A stretch of 14,006 nt of DNA from Myxococcota bacterium (GTDB lineage: Bacteria > Myxococcota > UBA4151). The position numbers and the translations under genes were made by a program. The stretch lies in contig JBDQPD010000093.1 in NCBI GenBank assembly GCA_040260805.1, positions 1 to 14,006 of the forward strand, read 5' to 3'. The notes under the pieces are model-generated. The model did not search any database and was not told where the DNA came from. It saw only the letters and a program-made list of their open reading frames with translations. Shown here one piece after another: positions 1 to 9,391 of this stretch (the stretch's first letter is position 1; every line of letters begins with the position of its first letter).

Positions 1-107
1 ACTTCAGCGTCTAGATTTTCGGCCTGCACCACCGCATCGATCTCTTCGATGAGATGCGGAAGCGACTCTTCTTCGTTGTAGCAGGGGATGACCAGCGAGA
101 TTCTCAT
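1..107 (-). CDS. Glycosyltransferase family 2 protein (DPM1/ArnC/GtrB-like), N-terminal 35 aa; continues off the left edge
   Basis: Manual reverse-strand translation from the ATG at 107 gives MRISLVIPCYNEEESLPHLIEEIDAVVQAENLDAE. 'SLVIPCYNEEE' is the classic GT2 N-terminal signature. Not in the ORF track because it is truncated. Confidence 0.85.
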   Translation of the reverse strand, partial: MRISLVIPCYNEEESLPHLIEEIDAVVQAENLDAE

Positions 108-297
108 AGTCGCCGCATAGCGCAGGATGCGCGCCTTGGCTATGCGCAAGCGAAGAGAGTTTCTCGGGCGACTCAAATTCCTAGGAATCGGCCCTGTTAT
201 GCACACCAAGTTCGAGTTTTGAGCGCCATGAGCGTAAGCCGGCGTTGACCCGATCGTGTTTTTGGTGTGCATCAGATGCGCTAAGAGGAGCGATTTG

Positions 298-921
298 ATG
301 CGCACAATCCACGTTCTGAGTGTGCTGGTTCTGGTTATGACGGGCTGCCGCATGCCTCAAGGGGGCAATGCGCCGCACCTTGAAGGCGAGTGGACCATCA
401 AGCCTGGAAACACGCTGAGCAGCGATGACTTTGAGGTGATTGGCGGCACCTGGACGGTTGAACAAGGTACGATTCGATCTCTTGGTGAGCAAAACAACCA
501 CCCGCTCTGGTTGAGGCGTCGAATCCCAGACGCCTTTGAGATCAGCTTTGAAGCACGGGCACAGAGCGCTGCCGTCGACCACAAGATCGAATTTTGCGGC
601 GACGGTGTGCGTCATGAGTCCGGCTACATCGCGGTGCTCGGTGGGTGGAGCAACTCGATCTCGGTGATCGCTCGTCAAGATGAGCACGAAAAGGATCGTA
701 AAGAGCTCAAAGGCAAATGGAAGCGTGATCATTGGTACCAACATCGCCTGCGTCGAACCTTTGACGGGCGGCGCGGCCGAATCGAGTGGTTTGTCGATGG
801 TCGTTTGATGATGGAGCGAGTCGACAACAAGCCTCTTAAAGGCCCTGGTCATGACCGCATTGCTTTTAACAATTGGAAAACCGATGTCTCGTTTAGAAAC
901 ATCGTGGTCAGGCCGCTCTAA
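298..921 (+). CDS. Predicted lipoprotein with a beta-sandwich (ConA/LamG-like, DUF1080-like) domain; function unknown
   Basis: The ORF spans 256..921. The ATG at 298 follows a Shine-Dalgarno (SD) sequence AAGAGGAG (283-290). N-terminus [17 protein letters not shown] resembles a lipoprotein signal. Strand patterns such as [24 protein letters not shown] and [11 protein letters not shown] fit lectin/glucanase-like sandwiches. It ends 2 nt before murA. Confidence 0.7.
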   Translation: MRTIHVLSVLVLVMTGCRMPQGGNAPHLEGEWTIKPGNTLSSDDFEVIGGTWTVEQGTIRSLGEQNNHPLWLRRRIPDAFEISFEARAQSAAVDHKIEFCGDGVRHESGYIAVLGGWSNSISVIARQDEHEKDRKELKGKWKRDHWYQHRLRRTFDGRRGRIEWFVDGRLMMERVDNKPLKGPGHDRIAFNNWKTDVSFRNIVVRPL

Positions 922-923
922 GC

Positions 924-2201
924 ATGGATTATTTAGAGATTCACGGAGGAGCAACGCTCGCAGGCGAGGTCAAAATTAGTGGGGCGAAGAACGCTACACT
1001 TCCTTTGATCGCTGCGACCTTGCTGACGAAGGAAACGGTGCACCTGCGCGGGGTGCCTCATCGGCTAGTCGATGTTCAAACCATGACCCGTTTGTTGGTG
1101 GGTTTAGGGTGTGAAGCCACGCAGCGTAGCGGGGGTCGCTTCGACCTCACGACGCCCGAAATAGAACAGTCTACCGCCAGCTATGATCTCGTGCGCACGA
1201 TGCGCGCCTCGGTGCTGGTGCTTGGTCCGCTTCTCGCTCGTCACGGCGAAGCGCATGTGAGTTTGCCCGGTGGCTGCGCCATCGGCGCGCGGCCGGTCGA
1301 TCAACACCTGCGAGCGATGGAGCGTCTGGGCGCGAAGATCCAACTCGAAGGTGGCTACGTGATCGCTCAGGCGCCAAAAGGTGGGCTCAAAGGTGGTACG
1401 ATCGTCTTTGATATGGTCACGGTAGGCGGCACTGAAAATGCTCTGATGGCTGCCGTTTTAGCTAAGGGCACCAGCATCATTGAGAACGCAGCGCGTGAAC
1501 CCGAGATCGTCGAGCTTGCTGATCTGTTGATCGCTATGGGTGCTCAGATCGAAGGCGCCGGCACCTCGGTGATTAGGGTCCAAGGGGTGTCGTCACTTCA
1601 TGGCTGCACGCACACCGTTCGTCCGGACCGAATTGAAGCGGGGACGATGCTCTGTGCTGCCGCCGCCACGGGCGGCGACGTTCATCTCGATCGCTGCCCA
1701 ACCCGTGCGCTGGATTCGCTGATCGCTAAACTTCGCGAGGCGGGCTGTAAGATCAAGATCGACGGTGAGGGCGACTACCCATCGGTGCGAATCAAAGGAC
1801 CGAACCGGCCGAATGCGGTCGATGTGACCACGGCGGCACATCCTGGATTCCCAACCGATATGCAGGCTCAATTCATGGCGGTGATGGCGGTCGCCAAAGG
1901 ACGCTCGGTGATTCAAGAAACGATTTTTGAGAACCGATTCATGCACGCCCCTGAGCTTCAGCGTTTGGGCGCCGATATTGTCGTGCATGGTAACCAAGCG
2001 GTGGTGCGCGGGACCTCTAAGCTCAGCGGCGCTCCGGTGACCGCATCGGATCTGCGAGCGTCGGCGAGCTTAGTCATCGCTGCGCTGGTCGCTGAGGGCG
2101 AAACGACCTTACGTCGTATCTATCATCTCGATCGTGGCTACGAGCTTTTGGAGCGTAAGCTTCAGCGGTTGGGTGCTAAAATACATCGACGTCACGGATG
2201 A
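924..2201 (+). CDS. murA: UDP-N-acetylglucosamine 1-carboxyvinyltransferase
   Basis: 425 aa with the motifs [22 protein letters not shown] (active-site Cys), [33 protein letters not shown] and HLDRGYE. Confidence 0.98.
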   Translation: MDYLEIHGGATLAGEVKISGAKNATLPLIAATLLTKETVHLRGVPHRLVDVQTMTRLLVGLGCEATQRSGGRFDLTTPEIEQSTASYDLVRTMRASVLVLGPLLARHGEAHVSLPGGCAIGARPVDQHLRAMERLGAKIQLEGGYVIAQAPKGGLKGGTIVFDMVTVGGTENALMAAVLAKGTSIIENAAREPEIVELADLLIAMGAQIEGAGTSVIRVQGVSSLHGCTHTVRPDRIEAGTMLCAAAATGGDVHLDRCPTRALDSLIAKLREAGCKIKIDGEGDYPSVRIKGPNRPNAVDVTTAAHPGFPTDMQAQFMAVMAVAKGRSVIQETIFENRFMHAPELQRLGADIVVHGNQAVVRGTSKLSGAPVTASDLRASASLVIAALVAEGETTLRRIYHLDRGYELLERKLQRLGAKIHRRHG

Positions 2202-3772
2202 GCACGACGTCCAATCAGTCCAAAAGAAATGTCGCCCGAAATACTGTGGTGGTGAGTCTTTGGACGATGGTCAGTCGTGTGTTCGGCGCGGTTCGAGATC
2301 TGGTGGTGGCTCACCTCTTCGGGGCAACGTGGACCGCTGACGCCTTCTACATTGCTCAGACCATACCGAACGCCTTTCGTCGATTGGTCGGTGAGGGCGC
2401 GGTCGCTGCGGTTTTGGTGCCCACCTACGCGGGGCGACTCGAGGGTCAGGACGAGCAAGTGGCGCGACGCTATGCGCGTGCTCTGCTTGGCATCTGGTTG
2501 CTCACCTTACTCGTCTTGGTCGTCGTCGGAATCGTTGCGGCTCCCCTCTTGGTTGGGCTCTTCGCTGCAGGCTATCATGACAACCCAGAGGCGTTCAGTC
2601 TGACCGTGTCGTTGACTCGCTGGATGTTCCCTTACCTGGGCTTGGTCAGTGTGGTCGGCTTCTTTGGCGGAATCGCCAACAGCCACGGTCGGTTCGGAGC
2701 TTCTGCGGCGAGCCCGGTCGTCTTCAATATTTTCATCATATTGGGCGCTATTGTGCCCATGAGTTTCGTCCCGAATCCGATCTATGGGCTGGCGGTGGGC
2801 GTCGTCGTGGGTGGCTTTGCGCAGCTGGCTTTGCTCAGCGGTGATTTGATCGCCGGCAAGATCATGGTCAAGCCGGTGTGGAAGCCCAAAGACGCAGATC
2901 TTCCCGAAGCCTGGCAGCTGATGCTGCCCCAGCTTTTCGGGATCGCGATCTATCAGATCAACATCATTGTTCTGCGAGCGTACGCCAGCTTTTTGCCCGA
3001 AGGGTCGGTGACTCAATACTACAACGCATCTCGCCTGCAAGAGCTCGCGCTGGGGGTCTTTGCGGTCGCCATTGCGACGGCTAGTCAGCCTACCTTCGCT
3101 CGTCTCCATGCCAAGGGTGACCGACGCGCATTGTCCGAGCTGTTTCAAGGCGCGGTGAACAGCGTCATGGTCGTCAATATTGGCGCCGCCACGGGCCTGA
3201 TCGCATTGGGGCTGCCGATCTGCATCGTTTTGTTTGGTCACGGAGCCTTCAGCGCCGAGGCGGTTGAGTTGACGGCTTGGACTTTGTTTTGGCTGGCGCT
3301 CGCCTTGATACCCGTCGCTTTGGTGCGCGTGGTCGGGCAGGTTTTTTATGCCTTTAAACAGGCTAAGAGGCCGGTTCAGGCTGGGTTTTGGTCGATGGTC
3401 GCCAACGCCATTTCGGGCGCTGTCTTCGCCTATTTCTTTGGCATCGCAGGCTTGGGTATGGGCTTATTGTTCGCAACCAGCGTGCAGGCTTATTTGCTCA
3501 TGCGGTGGATGCTTCCGCAGCTTGAGAGTTGGGTGCCTCAGGCTTTGAGCCGAGCGACCGCTAAATGCGTTTTCGCCGCGATGATCATGGGGATTCCAGC
3601 GGGCTTTGGTGGGAGTTGGTTCCCGTATGAGCGCAGCAGCCTTGAGGCGTTCGGCTTACTGAGCGTGATCATTGGTCTGGGTGGCTTCATCTATCTGTTC
3701 ACTGCGACCATGTTTGGGATCGATGAGCTCGGCGGTATCGCTGAGCGGATCGCCCGACGGCTCAGGCGCTAA
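2198..3772 (+). CDS. murJ: Lipid II flippase MurJ (MviN)
   Basis: 524 aa polytopic membrane protein with [25 protein letters not shown] and A.RL.EL..GVF motifs. Its start overlaps the murA stop (ATGA). Confidence 0.95.
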   Translation: MSTTSNQSKRNVARNTVVVSLWTMVSRVFGAVRDLVVAHLFGATWTADAFYIAQTIPNAFRRLVGEGAVAAVLVPTYAGRLEGQDEQVARRYARALLGIWLLTLLVLVVVGIVAAPLLVGLFAAGYHDNPEAFSLTVSLTRWMFPYLGLVSVVGFFGGIANSHGRFGASAASPVVFNIFIILGAIVPMSFVPNPIYGLAVGVVVGGFAQLALLSGDLIAGKIMVKPVWKPKDADLPEAWQLMLPQLFGIAIYQINIIVLRAYASFLPEGSVTQYYNASRLQELALGVFAVAIATASQPTFARLHAKGDRRALSELFQGAVNSVMVVNIGAATGLIALGLPICIVLFGHGAFSAEAVELTAWTLFWLALALIPVALVRVVGQVFYAFKQAKRPVQAGFWSMVANAISGAVFAYFFGIAGLGMGLLFATSVQAYLLMRWMLPQLESWVPQALSRATAKCVFAAMIMGIPAGFGGSWFPYERSSLEAFGLLSVIIGLGGFIYLFTATMFGIDELGGIAERIARRLRR

Positions 3773-4539
3773 CGTTGCTTGGCGGTTTGCCAACGAGCTT
3801 CGACATCGCCAGCCTCTTCCCAGCTGAGTTGTTCGTCCGCTAAATCGGCTTCGATGCGTTCGACTCGCCCAGTGAACTTGCGAGTGGCTGCGCGCAATGC
3901 ACTCTCAGGCTCGATTTTGAGGTGCCGTGCGAGCTGGGCGATGGTGAACAAAAGATCGCCCAGTTCTTCTTCGATGGCTGATGGGTTTTGCTCGGCGATC
4001 GCCTGTTCGAGTTCATCGAGCTCTTCATCTACCTTTTGGCGAACCTGACCTGCGCTGTACCAATCCAATCCGACGCGGCTCACTTTTTCGCCGAGCCGAG
4101 CAGCTCGTTGCAGCGCAGGCGCTGAGACCGGGATACCAGCTACAATACTGCGTGGTTGGTCACCTTTTTCTTTGCGCTTGATGTCCTCCCATTGCGTCAA
4201 GACAGCCTCGGCATCTTCAGCCTCCGCCGAGCCAAAGACGTGAGGGTGACGCCGGATCATTTTATCGGTGATCGCCTGGATGACGTCATCAACCGTGAAG
4301 CTGTCCTCTTCTCTGGCGATCCGGCTTTGAAAGACGATCTGGAGGAGCAGGTCGCCGAGCTCATCGCACTGCTCCGTGCGATCTGAGCGTTCCATCGCGT
4401 CGAGGCATTCATAGGCCTCTTCGATCAGATAAGGCTGCAGACTCTCCATCGTTTGCTTCTGATCCCACGGGCATCCGCCGGGATCGCGCAGGCGGTCCAT
4501 AATCGCGATCAACGCTTCAAAACGAGTCCCGGTGCTCAT
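3769..4539 (-). CDS. mazG: Nucleoside triphosphate pyrophosphohydrolase MazG (tandem-domain)
   Basis: Motifs LRDPGGCPWDQKQT, EEAYE, ELGDLLLQIVF, KMIRRHPHVF, W..IK..EK and a second EEL..EELGDLLF repeat. A GGAG SD lies upstream on the minus strand. Confidence 0.96.
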   Translation of the reverse strand: MSTGTRFEALIAIMDRLRDPGGCPWDQKQTMESLQPYLIEEAYECLDAMERSDRTEQCDELGDLLLQIVFQSRIAREEDSFTVDDVIQAITDKMIRRHPHVFGSAEAEDAEAVLTQWEDIKRKEKGDQPRSIVAGIPVSAPALQRAARLGEKVSRVGLDWYSAGQVRQKVDEELDELEQAIAEQNPSAIEEELGDLLFTIAQLARHLKIEPESALRAATRKFTGRVERIEADLADEQLSWEEAGDVEARWQTAKQR

Positions 4540-4701
4540 AGCATTTTCTCCCTAGGGCTGATGTGAAGGAGAGGGGGCAGTAGGTCAACTAAGGCTCTGT
4601 GTTGAATGGCTAAGCCGATTGGTCAAAGAGGTCATCGATAGCGAACTAGCGCCAACGCCCAAAGGGCGGTATCTGCTTGTCCTAGGTTAAGAGGGGTTAT
4701 C

Positions 4702-7137
4702 ATGCTCTCGGATTTGCGCCGTCGTGGCGCTGAGCCCACTCCGCGTATCATCGCCGTGCTGCTGATCTTCTTGATGATCGGTGGAACGCTCGCCATGCGC
4801 CCGGACCTGACCAGCGCCAAAGTGCACATCCCCGAAGCCGGTGAACAGGCTCGCCGTGAAGTGCGCGCTTGGCGGTCGTTGAGGGTACCCGATCGTGTTG
4901 AAACCGAACGTCGCCGTGAGGCTGCTCAGCGAAAAGTCGAGGCAGTCTACGACCATGAGCCTGACCTCGTGGTGCGTCAGACGCGTCTCCTGCGCGAAGC
5001 CTACTCGGTGTTAGCCGTCGAGATAGCGAGCATTGATCAAGCCCGACAGGCGCTCCAGGATAAGCTCGATAAGGGAGCAGATGAGAGCGCGCTCGGCGAT
5101 CTAGCGGCGATTAATACGCGCCGTAAACGCGCCCAGTTGACGGCTCTACAAAGCTTGGGAATTTCTGAGGTTCGGATTGATTTCGATGGTCTGGATCCCT
5201 TGGGTTACAATCGGCCGGTCGCCGATGCGCTGAGCGAAATGCTCAATGCGGTGTACCGTCGACCGGTGGTTGCCGAGCGCAAACTGGTCAGCCAGCGAGC
5301 TCCTAATGGGATCGTTTTGCGATCAAGCGCTGGAATGGATGAGAAGCGTTTATCGGTCGAAGCTCTGGATGACCTGCGCGCAGTGCGACTTCAGGTGGCT
5401 GAGGTCGTTGGGGCGCGACTCGATCGTTTGGCGAACCGCGCTCAGATCGAGAAGGTGAGCGGTCGCTCGCGCGCCGCGGTGGTGGAGCTGCTGGGCCGGA
5501 TGGTCGTTCCGACTGCGAGCTTCAACGCCGCAGCGACACGAGTTCAGCGTGAGAGCGCTGCCCATCGCATTCCATTGGTTGTGGTTCCGGTGAGTCGTGG
5601 CGAGGTCTTGGTTCGAGAAGGTGACACCATCACCGAAGCCCATGTGGCGTTGTTGCGAGCGCTGAACGAAAGCTCGGCGGTGTCAGCCTGGTTGACGGCG
5701 CTCGGGGCTGGGCTTTTGATCATGCTGCTGGTGATTTGCGTTCATTGGTTCGCAAGCCGACACATTCAACGCTACCGCCCTGACGCTCGGGACCTTGCCT
5801 TCATGGCGCTCACGCTGGTGGGGATGATGGTTCTGTGCGCGGTAGGTTCATCGATCGTTGAGAGCGTTGCTGCCCAATATCCGTCGCTTTCGCTTTCCAT
5901 CCTGAGACCCCTAGTCCCGGTCAGCGCAGGGGCGTTAGTGATTGGTTTTGTGCTCAACGGCGCGTCGACCTTGGTGTTTGTCGTCGTCAGCTCACCGCTC
6001 CTTGCCTACGCACTGTACGGTGAGATGGGCGCAGCGATTCCCATCGCCATCGCAGGCTTTGTCGGGTCGTCTTTGATCGCAGGTGCCCACCGGCGCGCCG
6101 AGTTCTTGCGCGCCGGCATCGCCGCTGGACTAGCCGGTTGGCTGTGCAGTTTGGGCTACGCCTTGCTGGTCTCGGGCGCGGTGAGTCAGGAGATGGGTTA
6201 CGAAGGTTTGACCGCTATTTTCGGCGGATTGATTACCGCCATGGTGATTCCAACCGGTACGCCCGGTATCGAGTGGGCGCTGAAGTACATGACCAATCTG
6301 CGCATGGCGGAGCTCGCCACCATGGAGCATCCAGTCCTGCGTGAACTCGCCATGCGAGCGCCGGGGTCTCATCACCACTCGATGATGGTAGCCGCTTTGG
6401 GTGAAGCGGGCGCCATAGCGACTGGCCGCAACGCGCTCTTGGTCAAGGTCATGGCCTACTACCATGACATCGGTAAGATGAATTATCCGGAGTACTTTGC
6501 TGAGAACCAGGGTCGAGAAAATCCGCACGACAAGGTCAAACCGTCCATTTCTGCGCTGATCATTCGCAAGCACGTGACCGAAGGTTACGAGATGGCGAAG
6601 AAGTACGGCTTTGAAGAAGAGATCCTCGACGGGATCACGACACATCATGGCACCCGCGTGATCTCTTATTTCTACAAGAAAGCCCAAGAGCAGGCAGCAG
6701 AAGGTGAGCGGGTTGAAGAGGCGGATTACACCTACGCAGGACCTAAGCCTCAAGACGCCGAATGTGCGATCTTGATGATCGCCGATTCGATCGAGGCTGC
6801 GGCGCGGAGTTTGCCTGACCCTAACCCTGATCGCTTGCGCGGTTTAGTCCAAAAGATCACCAACAAGATCTTCTCCGAGGGGCAGCTTGAAGAGTGCGAC
6901 CTGACCTTACGCGATCTGCACAACCTGGCGCAGGCCTTCCACAAGGTGCTGTGCGGCATTTATCATCATCGCCCGCAGTACCAAGAATCGGCTGCTAAGG
7001 AGCGTCGTGAGAACAGTACGAGTTCGACTCAGCACCAGCGCGAGCCTCAAAACACACCCAAGCCTGCCGTCAGCGTCGATGATCCAGAGGCTACGCCGGA
7101 CGACGAAGAGCATCTGCGACGTTTGGGTTCCGGCTGA
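4702..7137 (+). CDS. 7TM-HD (HDIG) membrane phosphohydrolase, PgpH/YqfF-like (putative cyclic di-AMP phosphodiesterase)
   Basis: 811 aa: N-terminal TM, large extracytoplasmic domain (RGEVLVREGDTIT), about 7 TM helices, then an HD domain with APGSHHHS, YYHDIGK, PEYFAENQ, NPHD, HHGT, Y.GPKPQ and IADSIEAAARS. SD AAGAGG upstream. Followed by ybeY, as is typical for this family. Confidence 0.92.
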   Translation: MLSDLRRRGAEPTPRIIAVLLIFLMIGGTLAMRPDLTSAKVHIPEAGEQARREVRAWRSLRVPDRVETERRREAAQRKVEAVYDHEPDLVVRQTRLLREAYSVLAVEIASIDQARQALQDKLDKGADESALGDLAAINTRRKRAQLTALQSLGISEVRIDFDGLDPLGYNRPVADALSEMLNAVYRRPVVAERKLVSQRAPNGIVLRSSAGMDEKRLSVEALDDLRAVRLQVAEVVGARLDRLANRAQIEKVSGRSRAAVVELLGRMVVPTASFNAAATRVQRESAAHRIPLVVVPVSRGEVLVREGDTITEAHVALLRALNESSAVSAWLTALGAGLLIMLLVICVHWFASRHIQRYRPDARDLAFMALTLVGMMVLCAVGSSIVESVAAQYPSLSLSILRPLVPVSAGALVIGFVLNGASTLVFVVVSSPLLAYALYGEMGAAIPIAIAGFVGSSLIAGAHRRAEFLRAGIAAGLAGWLCSLGYALLVSGAVSQEMGYEGLTAIFGGLITAMVIPTGTPGIEWALKYMTNLRMAELATMEHPVLRELAMRAPGSHHHSMMVAALGEAGAIATGRNALLVKVMAYYHDIGKMNYPEYFAENQGRENPHDKVKPSISALIIRKHVTEGYEMAKKYGFEEEILDGITTHHGTRVISYFYKKAQEQAAEGERVEEADYTYAGPKPQDAECAILMIADSIEAAARSLPDPNPDRLRGLVQKITNKIFSEGQLEECDLTLRDLHNLAQAFHKVLCGIYHHRPQYQESAAKERRENSTSSTQHQREPQNTPKPAVSVDDPEATPDDEEHLRRLGSG

Positions 7138-7510
7138 GGAACCCAGTCAGCCGCTTGAGGTCAGTCTTAGGCTGTGTACAGATCAAGAGATTCGTAACCT
7201 CAACAGCGAATGGCGAGGCAAGGATCAGGCGACTGATGTCCTGAGTTTTCCACAGTTTGATATGCCGTTGCCGAGCTGGGCGCCGACCTTAGGGGATGTG
7301 GTGATCTCTGTGGATACAGCGGCTCGTCAGGCCGAGCAACAGGGTCATCACCTCGGCGATGAACTCGTTATTTTACTGACCCATGGTGTGTTGCATTTGC
7401 TGGGCTTTGATGACCGAAACGCTGCCGAGCGAGAGCGCATGGCTCAGGCTGAGCGTGGCATCTTGATACCGCGTGGGTTGGACAGCGGATTGGTTGATCG
7501 AGCCGGCTAG
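7007..7510 (+). CDS. ybeY: rRNA maturation endoribonuclease YbeY (start GTG 7007, or alternatively ATG 7079)
   Basis: Motifs IRNLNSEWRGKDQATDVLSFP, LGDVVIS and HGVLHLLGFD (H3xH zinc motif). The third His of the usual HxxxHxxGxDH reads as D here (GFDD). TAAGGAG at 6996-7002 precedes GTG 7007. Confidence 0.92.
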   Translation: MRTVRVRLSTSASLKTHPSLPSASMIQRLRRTTKSICDVWVPAEEPSQPLEVSLRLCTDQEIRNLNSEWRGKDQATDVLSFPQFDMPLPSWAPTLGDVVISVDTAARQAEQQGHHLGDELVILLTHGVLHLLGFDDRNAAERERMAQAERGILIPRGLDSGLVDRAG

Positions 7511-7950
7511 TTCGCTTTGACGAGGGCGACAACCTTCATCTCGATCAGTAGATGAGGGTGAGGTAGCGCTGCGACCGTAACGGTCGTACGTGTCGGCCCT
7601 GTCTCGGCATCGAACCACCGATTATAGACCTCATTATAGCCTGGGAAGTCGTCCATCGAGACCAAGAAGGTTGTTAGATCGATGAGTTGATCCATCGAGC
7701 CACCGCAGCGCTCGACGATGACCTTCATGTTCTCAAGAAGCGCCTCGGTCTGCTCAGCGATGTCTGCCTCGAAGCTGCCGTCGTCGTTGACCGTCACCCC
7801 AGCGTGGCTGTTATCGACTCGACGGCAGCTCATCCCCGAGATGAACAACAGATCACCCACCTGCCGAGCATGCGGATAATGCGCATAGGCGCCAGGGCGG
7901 TCGGCAAAGCGAAAGGCTTGCCCAGCCCCTTTAGAGTTTGACGCAGACAT
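7507..7950 (-). CDS. RidA/YjgF-family protein, 2-aminomuconate deaminase-like (AmnD/NbaF/CnbH type)
   Basis: Motifs YPHARQVGDLLFISG.S.RR.DN, DF.GYNEVY..WF...GPTRTTV and LPHPHLLIE.K match the aminomuconate deaminase subfamily. The likely start is ATG 7950, overlapping the upstream dehydrogenase by 20 nt; the ORF extension to 8043 lies inside that gene. Confidence 0.85.
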   Translation of the reverse strand: MSASNSKGAGQAFRFADRPGAYAHYPHARQVGDLLFISGMSCRRVDNSHAGVTVNDDGSFEADIAEQTEALLENMKVIVERCGGSMDQLIDLTTFLVSMDDFPGYNEVYNRWFDAETGPTRTTVTVAALPHPHLLIEMKVVALVKAN

Positions 7951-9391
7951 TTTTGAGCTCGCTGTAAAAGTTGACCGAATGAATCCCGCCTTCGCGCCCG
8001 ATCCCCGAGGCGCCGGTGCCGACAAAGGGCGTACGCAGGTCACGTAAGAACCATGAGTTAAGCCAGACTAAACCGCAATCGATCGCCGCCGCCATACGAT
8101 GCCCACGCTGGAGGTCGCTGGTCCAGACCGCTGCGCACAGACCATACTCGGTGTCGTTGGCTCGATCGATCACCTCCTCTTCACGGTCAAAGGGTGCGAC
8201 GTGGCAGACTGGACCAAAGATCTCTTCTCGGACGCAGCGCGCCTCGTCGGATAAGCCGGTCAGGATGGTCGGCTCGACCCATGAACCTTTTGCGTATTTT
8301 GGATCTAAATCAGGCACGCCGCCGCCGGTGACGATGGTCGCACCTTCTTCGCGCGCTAGGTCATAATAGCCGAGCACTTTGTCACGATGCTGCGCCGAGA
8401 TCAAAGGTCCCATGCCGGTCTCGGGGTCGTTCGGATCACCGTATTTGAGCTGCTCGGCGCCTGCTTTGAGCGCGCTGACGAAACGATCGAATATGGGCCG
8501 CTCAACATAGACGCGCTCTGAACACAGACAGACCTGACCGCAGTTCGAAAAGACTGATTTGATGGTCCCTGCAACCGCCGCATCAAAGTCTGCATCAGCA
8601 AAGATAATTGCGGGGTTCTTACCCCCGAGCTCAAAGCTCAGCGGCTTGAGCGTGGGAGCCGCGTCCGCCATGATCCGCTGTCCCGTTGCGCTCTCACCGG
8701 TAAAGGTAATCGCCGCCACATCGGGGTGCTGAACTAAAGCTTGTCCAGCCGATCCAGGGCCAAAGCCGTGCACGACGTTGTAGACGCCTTTGGGCATCCC
8801 GATCTCTTGCATGACTTCCCCGAGCAACGTGGCGGTTGAAGGGGTCTCTTCAGAGGGCTTAACGACCACGGTATTCCCGGCAGCGAGTGCCGGTCCAACC
8901 TTCCAGGTCATCAGCAGTAAGGGGAGGTTCCAAGGACAGATCACACCGACCACACCCAAAGGCTGACGCAGGGCATAGTTGATCGCTTTGCCGCCATCTG
9001 GCGTGTCCGAGATGTAGCTCTCGTTGGCGATATTTCGGGTCAAATCGGCAAAAAGTTGAAGGTTCGCTGCGCCACGCGGGATGTCGATTTTGCTCGCCCA
9101 CGACACCGGCTTGCCCGTGTCTTCAATCTCGGCGGCGAGAAAGTCGTCAAACCGCCTGCGGATGCCCTCGGCTGCTGCCGCCAACAGCTCGAGTCGTTGC
9201 GCTTGCGGCATGGTGCCCCATGGCCCTTCAAGTGCCGCCCGAGCCGCTTGTACCGCGCGGTCGACATCGCCCGCCTTGGCTTCTGCGACCTGCCCAATCA
9301 CAGCCCCCGTCGCCGGGTTGATGTTGGCGAAGGAGTCGCCCGTTGAGCTGGGACAAAACATGCCATCGATGAAGAGTTTACGGTCACTCAT
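7931..9391 (-). CDS. 2-aminomuconate/2-hydroxymuconate 6-semialdehyde dehydrogenase (ALDH8/HMSADH family; AmnC/NbaE/DmpC-like)
   Basis: 486 aa from ATG 9391 (MSDRKLFIDG; ATGA overlap with the kynA stop). ALDH motifs are PWNLPL, KPSE, FTGES.TG, ELGGKN, GQVCLC and EEIFGPV. The subfamily substrate-binding Arg motifs DIPRGAAN and WFLRDLRTPF are present. Confidence 0.92.
   Translation of the reverse strand: MSDRKLFIDGMFCPSSTGDSFANINPATGAVIGQVAEAKAGDVDRAVQAARAALEGPWGTMPQAQRLELLAAAAEGIRRRFDDFLAAEIEDTGKPVSWASKIDIPRGAANLQLFADLTRNIANESYISDTPDGGKAINYALRQPLGVVGVICPWNLPLLLMTWKVGPALAAGNTVVVKPSEETPSTATLLGEVMQEIGMPKGVYNVVHGFGPGSAGQALVQHPDVAAITFTGESATGQRIMADAAPTLKPLSFELGGKNPAIIFADADFDAAVAGTIKSVFSNCGQVCLCSERVYVERPIFDRFVSALKAGAEQLKYGDPNDPETGMGPLISAQHRDKVLGYYDLAREEGATIVTGGGVPDLDPKYAKGSWVEPTILTGLSDEARCVREEIFGPVCHVAPFDREEEVIDRANDTEYGLCAAVWTSDLQRGHRMAAAIDCGLVWLNSWFLRDLRTPFVGTGASGIGREGGIHSVNFYSELKNVCVKL

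Noticed and set aside
181..954. 257-aa minus-strand ORF
   Set aside because: Antisense shadow of the lipoprotein gene, which has an SD, a signal peptide and operon coupling.
1260..1295. Fosfomycin-resistant MurA variant
   Set aside because: The active-site loop keeps Cys (LPGGCAIG), not Asp.
2507..3241. 244-aa minus-strand ORF (similarly 6130..6753 and 11046..11675)
   Set aside because: These lie antisense to well-supported genes and have no recognisable motifs; such shadows are expected at this GC content.
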